DNA of 64,000 nt from Rhodothermales bacterium (lineage in GTDB: Bacteria; Bacteroidota; Rhodothermia; Rhodothermales; Bin80), in contig CBDHCQ010000004.1 in the NCBI GenBank assembly GCA_965261255.1, positions 3,507,710-3,571,709 on the forward strand, given 5' to 3'. The notes beneath the pieces were generated by a model. That model worked only from the letters and a program-made list of their open reading frames with translations. It made no database searches and was not told where the DNA came from. The position numbers and the translations under genes are program-made. Shown piece after piece: positions 10,101 through 17,902 of the stretch. Every line of letters begins with the position of its first letter. The first letter of the stretch is position 1.

Positions 10101-10277
10101 CCTCTGCTCTTTGTGCGTACCGCCAAGAAGACCGATTATGGGCTTACAATGCCGTACCAGTTCTTGGGACCGGCATCATACCAGCGGCATGAAGGAGAAC
10201 AGCCGATGAGCATTATCTGGGAAATGAAGTACCCGATTCCAGCCGACATTGTCCGAAACATGCGTCTTGCTGCATAG
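7197..10277 (+). CDS. PLD(HKD) nuclease - SF2 helicase - DUF3427 fusion (SauUSI-like type IV restriction enzyme candidate)
   Basis: LHAK...VGSSNLS PLD motif; helicase motifs AATGTGKT, DEFHH, TATP and QQLGRGLR; C-terminal YRDYAIN..RFHWQSQ typical of DUF3427. Confidence 0.88.
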   Translation: MPKKLVPGLYDKVFTEGNHHVVEKDPSLRAHTEKLQSHTGVRLLSQHLSKLIERALRKSNDNWVELANDLIRVIENNTQGGVVQQSDLVTNTRLKELAQGVQAQMDTQTRRPGIPLSYSELLTNASNDYRIGHELKREIESADRIDILIAFIKWSGLRLVREALQDFVARGGKLRVITTTYMKATERQAIDELIQVGAEIKISYDTRRTRLHAKAWLLHRETGFSTAFVGSSNLSAAAQLDGLEWNVRLSKVDAGRIIDKIEAAFRNYWEDVEFESYDGSPECRERFDTAVREEPSPGRITSLEVHPYPFQQEILDKLDVERTVHGRTRNLVVAATGTGKTVMAALDYRRLARHISPLRLLFVAHRAEILQQARTTFRDVLKHNTFGEDYVGGSQPQKWDHVFASVQSLANFDLDKINPKHFGMIIIDEFHHAAAKTYQRLLEHFHPRYLLGLTATPERADGKDILSWFGGRVAAELRVWDAIDRGLLVPFHYFGRHDGGDLSSVRWVRGKYDDAELTRLFTADDIRVLKILKVVREHIADPLKMRALGFCVSVSHAEFMTRKFNSAGIPAACITGKTPREERKRAQDRLRACKVNILFSVDVLGEGVDIPPVDTILMLRPTNSATVFIQQLGRGLRFAGGKTCLTVLDFISNSARKFRFDYALGAMLGRVTRKSVKEAVEKDFPALPSGCSLQLDQESKEVVLNNLKAQLRYGSRELVRLLRRLGDRTTLKTFLDAAELSIEDFYSKRPNSFTLLRRRAGFSAASEGPDEANIGSRLKLLTHADDASRLDFIRQAAQGSLSVSELSERDRRRLLMLVCVLLGGKAANDLRAGYNKILAHPAICEELISLTGLLKENIAHTPSQYVIAPEVPLELHTRYSMREIVSAFNRVGKGGLHPIREGIRFDKATSCNMIFVTIHKNEKDYASTAMYRDYAINAHRFHWQSQHNTRSGSMTGRRHTHHETLGITPLLFVRTAKKTDYGLTMPYQFLGPASYQRHEGEQPMSIIWEMKYPIPADIVRNMRLAA

Positions 10278-10420
10278 CGATTGGACTACATTGCGTACTT
10301 GAATATCAGGTCAATCGAGGTCAGGAAATTTCGCAGGAACCAAGTAGTCCGCGGCGATCAAAATTATTGCATCACCAGATCGATCATGAGACCGGAGGAT
10401 CAGGATGCTCTGGACGACCT

Positions 10421-11380
10421 TCAGTAATAAGTACCACAGAGCGTAAGACCCCGTTGGGTCAGCCAGTGACTGACAGCCCGTACGGCCTCGCTGCTTCCAC
10501 GCGTTGCGAGTGGCTTTCCCAGATTCATGACGCTCAGTAACAAATCTGCCTGAGCTCGTCTTGCGGGGCGGAGTTGTATGAAAAGCTCCTGCTCCAGCTC
10601 TGGTTCGTGTGATCGCACTATAAACACTAGGCCCTCCTGACCAATCATGCGCATTACATCAAGCACAACGACGTGACCGTCCGCGAAATGGTGAACCACC
10701 TTGTCAAATTCTGTGACTGCCGGAATTGAACCGTTCAAGAGGGCGTGATGCATGTCGAGTTCTTTGCGAATTTTAGGTGGGATCGGCGAGGGATGTCCAG
10801 TGTGTTTTTGAGCGGACGCGTGATAAAAACTGCGTCCCGCTGCAGACCACTTGGTTGCATATTTTGTGTGAAGCGCAGCTGACGGGGGTGTGGTTTCAGT
10901 TACCCTGTAGTATCCAGAGTTGTGTGCCAAAGTTAGGGCTTGTCTAAAGTAAGGTTCACTGTCTGTAGTAAGGAGCAGTTTACCCCCGAGTTCAAGACGT
11001 GCGGAGAGTAATTCAAAAAATGAGGCCTGGAGTAACCGCCGTGATGCATGCCGTTTCTTGTACCAGGGATCCGGGAAATTCACGTAAACTCTTGAAAGAC
11101 TTCCGTCGCAAAACAGGTTCCTCAGTAGAAACAAGCCGCTGCCGTGGTAGAGACGAACATTGGATAATCCTGCACGGCGTACACGCTTGAATGCTCGGGC
11201 GGCCGATGCGTGGGCTACATCCGCTCCGATAAAATTCCATTCAGGATGTGCCTGGGCGACAGAGGTCAAGAATCCGCCGTCCCCGAACCCGACTTCCAAT
11301 ACCAGTGGTGCCTCTCGCTGAAAAACCGCTACGTTCGCCGCCGGGAAAGACAGGCTCTGCAGGTCAAGCAGTATTGGCAT
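10421..11380 (-). CDS. trmB: tRNA (guanine-N7)-methyltransferase with C-terminal extension
   Basis: LEVGFGDG SAM motif; NFPDPWYKKRH..RRL; TKY. Confidence 0.9.
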   Translation of the reverse strand: MPILLDLQSLSFPAANVAVFQREAPLVLEVGFGDGGFLTSVAQAHPEWNFIGADVAHASAARAFKRVRRAGLSNVRLYHGSGLFLLRNLFCDGSLSRVYVNFPDPWYKKRHASRRLLQASFFELLSARLELGGKLLLTTDSEPYFRQALTLAHNSGYYRVTETTPPSAALHTKYATKWSAAGRSFYHASAQKHTGHPSPIPPKIRKELDMHHALLNGSIPAVTEFDKVVHHFADGHVVVLDVMRMIGQEGLVFIVRSHEPELEQELFIQLRPARRAQADLLLSVMNLGKPLATRGSSEAVRAVSHWLTQRGLTLCGTYY

Positions 11381-11390
11381 ACAAAGAATA

Positions 11391-12428
11391 TCAGGCGTAC
11401 AGGTACGCCATGTCTATGTGTCTGGCCCCGTTTGCGTCTGCGACCGCCATTCGTCCTTTCCCTCGAATACGTGCTCCCGCCACTTCACCGGCTTTATTGA
11501 GCGCATAGAACGAAACATTGAAGGCGGGTTCGCCCGCTTCATTTTGCAGTCGGGCCAGGTGTGTGTGCTGTGCAATGCGCTCACATGCATACAGGCACGC
11601 TTGCTCGGGACTGTCTCCCATACGCATACGCTCTACAATCAGAAAGCTACAGCAGTTTTCCAGATTTGCCTCTCCCCGTCCGGTGGAACCAGCAGCCCCG
11701 ACTTCGTTATCGCAGTAAAGACCGGCGCCGATAATAGGAGAATCGCCTACACGCCCAGGGATTTTGAAAGCCAGTCCGCTTGTTGTAGTGACGCTGCTGA
11801 TATTGCCCTGCAGGTCGATCGCGGAGCAATGGATGGTTCCCCAGTGGTCATAGTTGCGTTGCATTGCTTCTCCCAGATCACGATCCTCCGGGCCGTGAGG
11901 CGGCAGGTAGTCATCCCGGTTGGAGAGATTTTCCCGCCAGCGGACCCAGATTTCACGGGCACGCTCAGTGAGCAGGTTTTCAATCGGAAACCCATGCATA
12001 CGCGCGAATTCCTGTGCCCCTTTGGCCACGAGCAGTACATGATCGGTACGTTGAAGAACTTGCTGTGCGACCTTGGACGGATATTTAATTCCCTGGATTG
12101 AGGCGACGGCTCCGGCACGACCAGTTGGGCCGTGCATGACGGCAGAGTCCAACTCAACGATTCCGTCTGCATTGGGGAGGCCACCGTAGCCCACAGAGGT
12201 GTCGTTTGGATCTTCCTCTACCAGGTTAACCCCCGCAATGATGGCGTCAAGGGCATCTGCTCCGGCGTTGATTTCCTCAACCGCACGTGCCACGGCCGCG
12301 AGACCATTACCGCTAGCAATTGCGACGGGGCCCGCGAAGGGGCGAATTTTTGGTCGGAGGACTGCTGCGGCGCTGGCTGCTGAACCGGTACGGATAAAAT
12401 CACGTCGGGTTATGGGGTTGTTTGTCAT
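11391..12428 (-). CDS. N(4)-(beta-N-acetylglucosaminyl)-L-asparaginase / Ntn-hydrolase, Tat signal
   Basis: TRRDFI twin-arginine signal; SVGYGGLPN; GTI autocleavage Thr; TTTSG; GRVGDSPIIGAG; TGRGE. Confidence 0.88.
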   Translation of the reverse strand: MTNNPITRRDFIRTGSAASAAAVLRPKIRPFAGPVAIASGNGLAAVARAVEEINAGADALDAIIAGVNLVEEDPNDTSVGYGGLPNADGIVELDSAVMHGPTGRAGAVASIQGIKYPSKVAQQVLQRTDHVLLVAKGAQEFARMHGFPIENLLTERAREIWVRWRENLSNRDDYLPPHGPEDRDLGEAMQRNYDHWGTIHCSAIDLQGNISSVTTTSGLAFKIPGRVGDSPIIGAGLYCDNEVGAAGSTGRGEANLENCCSFLIVERMRMGDSPEQACLYACERIAQHTHLARLQNEAGEPAFNVSFYALNKAGEVAGARIRGKGRMAVADANGARHIDMAYLYA

Positions 12429-12471
12429 GGGAGAAAAAGGTGAGTCTGACCGGTTAAGTTACTCAAAGTAG

Positions 12472-13053
12472 TTATTGACTTAGAGCAAGCTGAACAAAAT
12501 CTTCAGCTTTGTCGACTTCGGGGTGGGCGCGCATGACCCTGCGCAACAGTAGTTCGGCTTTGTGACGCGAAAGCCCTAGCGTCTCGAGAGCGGTGCACGC
12601 ATCTGCCCGGGCGGTTGCAACTCCGGCCGTATCTGTTCCTGCCAGATCCAGCTCGCTCATGCGATCAACCAGCTCAACCACGAGTCGTTCGGCAGTCTTG
12701 CGGCCGACGCCATTGATTCGCTGCAGCATAGGAGGCTCCCTCAAAGTAATATGTTGCACCAGTTCCGCTGGTGTCATAGTTGAAAGTGCCGCAATGGCAA
12801 TCCGTGGCCCCACTCCAGATACACTAATGAACAACCTGAAAATCGCCCGTTCTCCAGAAGAAAAGAAACCATATAATTGTTCAATGTCTTCCCGGACATG
12901 GTGATATGTGAGCAGTTGTACCTTATTGCCGGTATCAGGTAGTCGTTCAAAGGTGGACATGGGTATAAAAACCCGGTATCCTATCCCGTTTACATCAATG
13001 ATTGCATGGGTTGGTCCTTTGCGACTTAGTGTACCTTTAATGTATTCAATCAT
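12472..13053 (-). CDS. ruvA: Holliday junction branch migration protein RuvA
   Basis: MIEYIKG...VNGIGY; VRED...LYGF; VSGVGPRIA and GVGRKTAERLVVEL HhH motifs. Confidence 0.95.
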   Translation of the reverse strand: MIEYIKGTLSRKGPTHAIIDVNGIGYRVFIPMSTFERLPDTGNKVQLLTYHHVREDIEQLYGFFSSGERAIFRLFISVSGVGPRIAIAALSTMTPAELVQHITLREPPMLQRINGVGRKTAERLVVELVDRMSELDLAGTDTAGVATARADACTALETLGLSRHKAELLLRRVMRAHPEVDKAEDFVQLALSQ

Positions 13054-13106
13054 GATCCCCGAAGCATACGACCAAGATACGACAGCTTCCTTTACTCGAT
13101 TATATC

Positions 13107-14780
13107 ATGGATAATCTGGAGACGGATGCACGAAGCAATCGGGCGATCGTGGTTGCGCTGGGTATTATGGCAAGCCGGGTGTTGGGCCTGGTTCGATGGA
13201 GCCTTACCGCGCGTTATTTCGGCAGCGGGGCCCACGCAGATGTCCTGAGAGCGGCGTTTCAAGCACCGAACGCGCTGCAAAACCTGCTTGGTGAAGGCAC
13301 AATGTCGGCAGCGTTTATTCCGGTCTATAGCAAAATGCTCGAGGAGGGTAGACCGGAAGCAGCAGGTCGGTTCGCCGGCAGTATTCTGGGTTTATTGACC
13401 GCCGTGGTTTGTACAGGGGTGCTTCTCGGGATATGGTTAGCCCATCCGATCTGCTCTATACTTATGCCGGGTTATGTGGCGGACGCAGCCGAGATAGCGC
13501 AAGGGCGGCGGGAGGTGGATCGGTTGCTGTTGGCTGTGGATATGATTCGCCTGGCTTTTCCTATGGCGGGAATATTAGTGTTATCGTCATGGGCACTGGG
13601 TGTACTCAATAGCCATCGGCGGTTTTTTATGCCTTATTTCGCCCCGGTGCTGTGGAATGTGGCCATTATCGGGACTTTACTTGGTGTGGGTAGCCTGATC
13701 GGCCTGACTCCGGGGGATCTCGGCGGGGAAACAGAGACTTCCATCTTGCCGGAGGAACTCACGCGATTACTCACGGCGGTTTTTGTTGGCGGCTTGATTG
13801 GAGGACTGCTCCAGTTTCTTGTACAGATCCCATCCGTTGTTTTGGTGCTGAAGGGATTCCGCTTCAGTCTGTCCACGCGTGTAGACGGTGTTCGCCGGGC
13901 ACTGAACGCGGTAGTGCCCGCGCTGGCCGGTCGTGGAGTCGCGCAGATTTCAGCATATCTGGACATATTGCTAGCAACGTATCTGGTGGGGGGGGCCGTA
14001 GCGAGCATTGGTTACGCGCAGGTACTTTATATTCTGCCGATTTCCCTCTTCGGTCTCTCCGTTGCCGCTGCTGAGCTGCCCGAACTTTCCAGGATAGGGT
14101 CTAACAGCCTTCCGCGCACAGCGCAGCGCATTAATGCAGGGTTGCGCCAGGGTCTGTTCCTAGCGATACCTACGGCACTGGGGTATATAGCACTGGGGTA
14201 CGTAATTATCGGCGCTATCTATCGCGGGGGTTTGTTTGATGTGGACGACAACTGGCTTGCGTATGTCATTTTGGCCACCTACAGTTTGGGGCTCTTGGCA
14301 ACCATTAGCAGTCGGTTATTACAGAATGGTTTTTGGGCACTCGGCGACACACGCACGCCAGCCCGCATGGCCATGATCCGTGCAGCGATTGCGTTGACGG
14401 TTGCAATACCGGTAATGTTTGCACTTGATAGATTGTCGGTGTCACTCATTACGGGACCTGGGACGTCAGAGCTCTATTTCGGTGCAGTCGGGTTGGCCTT
14501 TGGCAGTGCGGTGGCTTCATGGATTGAGTGGTGGTTACTGGGACGTGTACTGAAGCGCCGTTTGGAAAATACGTTCACGCCTTGGCGGGCAGCGGGAACA
14601 ATGGCAACGTTCGTCTTAGCAGCGCTTGTTCCTTCTGGGATCTTGTGGTATTTCGCACAAAGTTGGCCGCCAGTCTGGCTTGGCATCATGGTTACTGCTG
14701 TTTTCGCTGCCACCTACCTGCTATTGGCCCGTCTGTATAGGCGCCCTGAGCTATCGGCTTGGATCGGGCGTCTCAGATAG
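13107..14780 (+). CDS. murJ: Lipid II flippase MurJ (MviN)
   Basis: SRVLGLVR; PNALQNLLGEG..SAAFIP; LPISLFG; FWALGDTRTP; multiple TM helices. Confidence 0.93.
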   Translation: MDNLETDARSNRAIVVALGIMASRVLGLVRWSLTARYFGSGAHADVLRAAFQAPNALQNLLGEGTMSAAFIPVYSKMLEEGRPEAAGRFAGSILGLLTAVVCTGVLLGIWLAHPICSILMPGYVADAAEIAQGRREVDRLLLAVDMIRLAFPMAGILVLSSWALGVLNSHRRFFMPYFAPVLWNVAIIGTLLGVGSLIGLTPGDLGGETETSILPEELTRLLTAVFVGGLIGGLLQFLVQIPSVVLVLKGFRFSLSTRVDGVRRALNAVVPALAGRGVAQISAYLDILLATYLVGGAVASIGYAQVLYILPISLFGLSVAAAELPELSRIGSNSLPRTAQRINAGLRQGLFLAIPTALGYIALGYVIIGAIYRGGLFDVDDNWLAYVILATYSLGLLATISSRLLQNGFWALGDTRTPARMAMIRAAIALTVAIPVMFALDRLSVSLITGPGTSELYFGAVGLAFGSAVASWIEWWLLGRVLKRRLENTFTPWRAAGTMATFVLAALVPSGILWYFAQSWPPVWLGIMVTAVFAATYLLLARLYRRPELSAWIGRLR

Positions 14781-14889
14781 ACGCTTGTATGTTCCGCTTC
14801 CAATTCCGCCAGAACGGTAATTATTCCTAGTTTGAGTTTCGGAGATTCGAGTATTTGATGCATACTTGCGGGCGACAAAAAACTTTTCA

Positions 14890-15095
14890 GGTTCTACCGG
14901 CACTTGTACGGAATGATGAATTTTCGATACAACTGAACGCAAGAACATTATGTGGAGAATGTTTTCGCCGAGGTAATGCGATACCGCCTAGGGTTAGGTG
15001 ACGAATTGGGGGTTGACAAGATGATGTTCAATGCGCAGAACCATCGAATTGACGTGTACGTTTCCCATTCGGGCCGTACGCTGGTTTAGTCTGTC
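14890..15095 (+). mobile_element. Probable ISL3-family remnant (left end plus truncated transposase N-terminus)
   Basis: Frame 14952-15089 reads VENVFAEVMRYRLGLGDELGVDKMMFNAQNHRIDVYVSHSGRTLV*, resembling the LGL..W.V..v.f......iDvyv.h....CP start of ISL3 transposases; GGTTCT at 14890 resembles ISL3 termini. Confidence 0.5.
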
Positions 15096-15128
15096 TAGTG
15101 ACAATTAAAATTTTCCTTGGGACAGATG

Positions 15129-15160
15129 GGATTGTTCATGCGTGTACGCATGAAAAATCC
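15129..15160. repeat. 32-bp near-perfect palindrome
   Basis: GGATTGTTCATGCGT-GT-ACGCATGAAAAATCC; 14 of 15 arm positions complementary. Confidence 0.85.
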
Positions 15161-15470
15161 TCCATAGTATCTCATAAATGATCAAAGATCTACAGGCGCA
15201 GCTTTTGTTCAGGGGGCGGGGTGCCATCCCTTACAGCCGCGGCCCGGAGGCGCCATCAGTGCTCAGGTAAGCTCAGCCAAAGCGTCCCGATGTCCCACTT
15301 CCATGCCCCCGGAGGCTTCGGCAAACATCTAGAAGCCTCTCAGAGGTGCAAATTGTTTCCTGGACGTGCAATGGTGCGATGATGGCTGTGTGGCCGGCAC
15401 TTGAAGAGGCTGGATCCGGACATAAATGCTTTAGGATATCCACGCAGAGCCTCGGTATAGACTTGGCTGG

Positions 15471-16367
15471 TCAAAAAGCACTGGGTGCCCACCCGAGTTT
15501 TTCCAATATAAAACGAACACGTTGGTAGGCATCTTGACGTGTGTGCTCGTATTGCTCGGTGCCCGGCTGTAAGTCGTCGTGAAACCTGGCAACGGCGGTC
15601 GGACCCTTGCCATCTGCTGCGGCAAAGGTCTGAGCGAGATGATCCAATGCTTCCTGGACCAGACCGTGATTCGCATGCTCAATCAGGGCATCGGCTAGTC
15701 CATTTAGGCCCGCAGGGTGATTCTTTAGCAGGAACCAGATGTCATAAGCGTCTTTGTTCTTGTCCCGGTTCTTGAGGGCATTGGCCTTCATGACTATGAA
15801 TGGGATCGGGCCGGCGACGCGGATTTGTGCATCGAATTCGGTGCCATTGGGAAGGTATCCAATAATCGGTACGCGTTCTACCAATTTCCGATTAAATACC
15901 AGATCGGCACCACGTGCTTTGTGAGCGCGGAAATCCTGTATCGGCTGCGACCTTCTATTTTTGCCAGCCAGGCCGTACTCTGCAGCAACGAAATCCACCT
16001 GTACAACCACAGGATCCGGAGTTCCTCCATCGTTCAGCTCCACATCTCGATGGAAGATAAAAGCTCGCTTGCTATCAGGGTAGTAGGCTGATTGTACAAG
16101 GAGCTTCCGGATCGGGCCAAAGGGCGCTCCCTGAATCGCTTTATGATCAATCGCCAGATCCACATCGATTGAGCCAATGTGCCTGGAGTGTGGCATGAGG
16201 AGGGGAGGCACCCAGCCCCCGACTATAGCGGTGTGTTCTTCGTACTGATCGAGCACCTGCGTGAGCTCGATGAGTACTCTATAGGCCGCTTTCACAGCGC
16301 GGCTTCCGTAGTCGTTAGCGGTGTATTGTTTCACGGAGTCTTTTCCCTGTTTAGAGCTGTCTCCCAT
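15471..16367 (-). CDS. AbiEii-like nucleotidyltransferase toxin (type IV TA)
   Basis: IVGGWVP, HIGSIDVDL (Pol-beta-like DxD) and MKANAL..RDKNKDAYDIW motifs; overlaps the upstream antitoxin gene. Confidence 0.8.
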   Translation of the reverse strand: MGDSSKQGKDSVKQYTANDYGSRAVKAAYRVLIELTQVLDQYEEHTAIVGGWVPPLLMPHSRHIGSIDVDLAIDHKAIQGAPFGPIRKLLVQSAYYPDSKRAFIFHRDVELNDGGTPDPVVVQVDFVAAEYGLAGKNRRSQPIQDFRAHKARGADLVFNRKLVERVPIIGYLPNGTEFDAQIRVAGPIPFIVMKANALKNRDKNKDAYDIWFLLKNHPAGLNGLADALIEHANHGLVQEALDHLAQTFAAADGKGPTAVARFHDDLQPGTEQYEHTRQDAYQRVRFILEKLGWAPSAF

Positions 16368-17452
16368 AGCGGCTTGATAACTTGGCTATGCAGGAATGCC
16401 GCGGATTCGTCCCCTCGCGCTCTCGTCTGCTTGAGATCGATGAAGAGCTGAAAGGGATGGGCTATCCACATTCCCCCGATCTTCTCCTTACCATGAAATA
16501 CGCCGTCGTCGTAAGCATCGAAGATCTGGACATTTGCGCCCCTGCTGACTTCCCGAAAGCCCGCTTGGCGAGCAACCCGTTTGATCTGTTTAGACTCCAC
16601 GTAAGCCGTCGCACGGTGATACGAAATATGCGGAGCAAAGCGTTCAGCACCAGAACACCCAGCCAGCGCATAGCGGGCGCCTAATGTCTCGGCTGCTTCA
16701 GCCAGACGGCGCTCTGTTTCTTGCCTATTTTCGAGGCTGTAGTAATTATGGATCTGGTTGCGCCTCCGCCTAAAAGTTGTTGCCCAACAGTCAAGAGCGT
16801 CATTGGGTTTTACCAATGCCAAGCCCCGTCCTGTTTTTTGAGCCCATTCTCTGTCCAGGAGGAGCGGTTTCGCCTTTGCTACAAGACCATAGCTGACATC
16901 TGCTTCCTTGGCTAGGGCGGTCATGCGCCACGGCTTATAAGGGTGCCTGAGGAGGACCCGGAGGACACGAGAAGCCTTGGGTGCGAACAGCGACCGAAGC
17001 TCAGAACGCTCCGAAAAGGGATTGGACTGGCCCGTCCTCTCTACATAAATACCCCTTACGGCGAGTTGCCCGTTACCCGCAAGGTCAAGATAGCCGTGGC
17101 CATGCTCTTGTAGTATAGCGGCGGATGTTTCGGATACATAGGGAGCAACAAAAATGCCGTGCGCCCGCGGGACCCCCCTGGCATGAGCCTGTTGGACGTA
17201 ACGGGTAAGCTGGACGGCGGCTATTCTTGCCCAACGAGGTTGTCCGTTCGCTTTCACCTCAAACAAGAGGGTGTAAGGGACAGTTCTGCTGCCTTTTGAC
17301 GGACCTTCAATTTCTACTTCGGCAAGAAAGTCTGGGCGTGCGTTGTCAATAGGTTTCTGATAGCTGATCCGCAGATCAGATACGGCAGGAATGGCCCGGA
17401 GCATTTGCTCTATGATAGGACCCGCATGAGTACGAATTTCTCTTTCTGTCAT
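16331..17452 (-). CDS. AbiEi-like antitoxin / transcriptional regulator (DUF2186/AbiEi_2 type)
   Basis: GYLDLAGN; SLFAPKASRVLRVLL followed by wHTH (LAKEADVSYGLV); C-terminal HPFQLFIDL....RGDESA; upstream of the NTase gene. Confidence 0.8.
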   Translation of the reverse strand: MTEREIRTHAGPIIEQMLRAIPAVSDLRISYQKPIDNARPDFLAEVEIEGPSKGSRTVPYTLLFEVKANGQPRWARIAAVQLTRYVQQAHARGVPRAHGIFVAPYVSETSAAILQEHGHGYLDLAGNGQLAVRGIYVERTGQSNPFSERSELRSLFAPKASRVLRVLLRHPYKPWRMTALAKEADVSYGLVAKAKPLLLDREWAQKTGRGLALVKPNDALDCWATTFRRRRNQIHNYYSLENRQETERRLAEAAETLGARYALAGCSGAERFAPHISYHRATAYVESKQIKRVARQAGFREVSRGANVQIFDAYDDGVFHGKEKIGGMWIAHPFQLFIDLKQTRARGDESAAFLHSQVIKPLWETALNREKTP

Positions 17453-17461
17453 TTAATTTGA

Positions 17462-17503
17462 TATTATTACCGTATGGTGATAATACCTTTTATAGTGATA
17501 ATA
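17462..17503 (-). promoter_or_regulatory. Inverted-repeat operator/promoter of the AbiE-like operon
   Basis: TATTATTACC-GTAT-GGTGATAATA (17462-17485) plus a third half-site AGTGATAATA (17494-17503), beginning 10 bp from the antitoxin ATG. Confidence 0.65.
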
Positions 17504-17651
17504 TGTTTCATAGCCGGGTGCAGTGGCTAGTGCAGAGCAACTCCGAAAGCTGCCGGGATACACCGCATCGTTTCTTTCCGGTTTCTGACCTTGTGCCAGG
17601 TTTACTGTCCAGTATCAGCGCAAAGGAGAGGCGGTTGCTACCATCATCGTG

Positions 17652-17723
17652 CGCGGTGACTCAGAGCCGGCTCAAGCTGCGGTTGTACTATGCGTTTTCG
17701 GGACGGCCGGTCTGAGTCACGCG
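17652..17723. repeat. Imperfect inverted repeat with two bulged G
   Basis: CGCG(G)TGACTCAGA(G)CCGGC ... GCCGGTCTGAGTCACGCG. Confidence 0.6.
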
Positions 17724-17734
17724 AATCGTCTCCG

Positions 17735-17902
17735 ATGGAAGCGTCGTTTGCCCAAGGTGCTCCACCGATCACTCTCATTGAGGGGGACAAGCTTGTCGAC
17801 CCGCTCATAGAGTACGGGATCGGCATCCGCAAGCGCGCAATAGAGATCCTTACTATTGATCTGGATGAGTTATCGCACGTAGAGAATACGGAAGACGAGT
17901 GA
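17735..17902 (+). pseudogene. C-terminal fragment of an Mrr-family restriction endonuclease
   Basis: EASFAQGAPPITLIEGDKLVDPLIEYGIGIRK matches the Mrr_cat tail pattern A....pI.LIdG..LvdLl.ey.iGv; catalytic part is absent. Confidence 0.7.

Noticed and set aside
17652-17723. Integron attC site
   Set aside because: It has bulged bases but lacks the RYYYAAC / GTTRRRY core boxes, and there is no cassette array or intI
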